A stretch of DNA of 63,154 nt, counting the filler, from Sphacelaria rigidula (taxonomy: Eukaryota): NCBI GenBank assembly GCA_964200075.2. It is 6 parts of 6 records of this genome, joined end to end, with 100 filler letters (N's around TTAATTAATTAA, not from the genome) between each part and the next. Parts side by side here need not be neighbours in the genome. Positions count along the whole stretch, not along the records: positions 52,714 to 63,154 come from CAXNAA020006484.1; 5 more parts are not named here. One strand, given 5' to 3'. The notes under the pieces are model-generated. The model worked only from the letters and a program-made list of their open reading frames with translations, was not told where the DNA came from and did not search any database. Numbering within the stretch: the first letter of the stretch is position 1; the number at the start of each line of letters is the position of its first letter. The translations under genes and the position numbers were made by a program. This document shows, piece by piece, positions 62,602 to 63,154 of the stretch.

Positions 62602-63081
62602 GTATAGCGACAAGCTGTCGGCAAATCGTTCTCACCGCGAAGTATTTAGGGAACAATACCGCAGTAAGCATCCATGTATAGACCCCAAGTTGCGAAGCCA
62701 CGGACGGGCATACAAAAACACCGCCGTACTACCTTCGCAGTCAAGAATGATGATCTACTGTTGACACCTTGGGTCTTGCAGCCTGCTGCCGGTTCAGTGC
62801 TCACGGTGCAAGTCTTCTACTTCGCCCACCGCCCTTCCGTCCAATCTCCGTCTTTGGATTGTGCTTTCCTGAGAACGCATCCGGGACAATGTTTCAGCAC
62901 GGTGATCCTCTTCATGATCGTTGGCGCCTGGAAAACGGGGGGGGCACTATAGTCTAGTGTTGGTCGGTGAGGGGCAAATGCCACAACTCATGCAACCTAG
63001 GTTTTTCGGCGCATGATCGCGGTACTTGGTGTGACCGAAATTCAAGGAGGTATGCCCATCTAGAAATGGCATCACAAGAAA

Positions 63082-63154
63082 GCCGGTCGCCCCGGTGGCT
63101 CAGTTGGTAACCTCGTAACCTTCTGATGGTTGAGTAGGGGGGTTCGATTCCCGG
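63082..63154 (+). mobile_element. tRNA-derived SINE head, truncated by the contig end
   Basis: GCCGGTCGCCCCGGTGGCTCAGTTGGTAA...GGTTCGATTCCCGG; homologous to the minus-strand head ending at 48138. Confidence 0.8.

Noticed and set aside
63082-63154. Functional tRNA gene
   Set aside because: D-arm and acceptor stem are irregular, and the sequence matches the SINE head at 48138.

Overview
Eukaryotic, intron-rich DNA, most consistent with a brown alga or related stramenopile (inferred from gene structure, repeat content and TTAGGG; not proven). The window is not one locus. It is six contigs of 10444, 10443, 10443, 10442, 10441 and 10441 bp, ordered by length and joined by artificial 100-nt N44-TTAATTAATTAA-N44 linkers. 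Four partial spliced genes can be rebuilt with phase-consistent GT-AG junctions: a large FN3/beta-repeat ('titin-like') protein (minus, 11 exons), a RING-H2 plus CUE ubiquitin ligase, a probable ACC-deaminase/D-cysteine-desulfhydrase-like PLP enzyme with a long low-complexity N-terminus, and the KEOPS kinase BUD32/TP53RK, whose 8.4-kb intron holds Copia and Gypsy relics. The rest is mostly transposable elements: a chromodomain Ty3/Gypsy element nested in a Copia relic with an unusual 11-bp target duplication and no tRNA primer site, a LINE family whose 3' ends carry poly(C) instead of poly(A), tRNA-derived SINEs, MITE/foldback elements (one containing telomeric repeats) and a 196-bp higher-order repeat. 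No CRISPR, rRNA or intact tRNA gene was seen. All family calls come from motif recognition by eye, not database searches.
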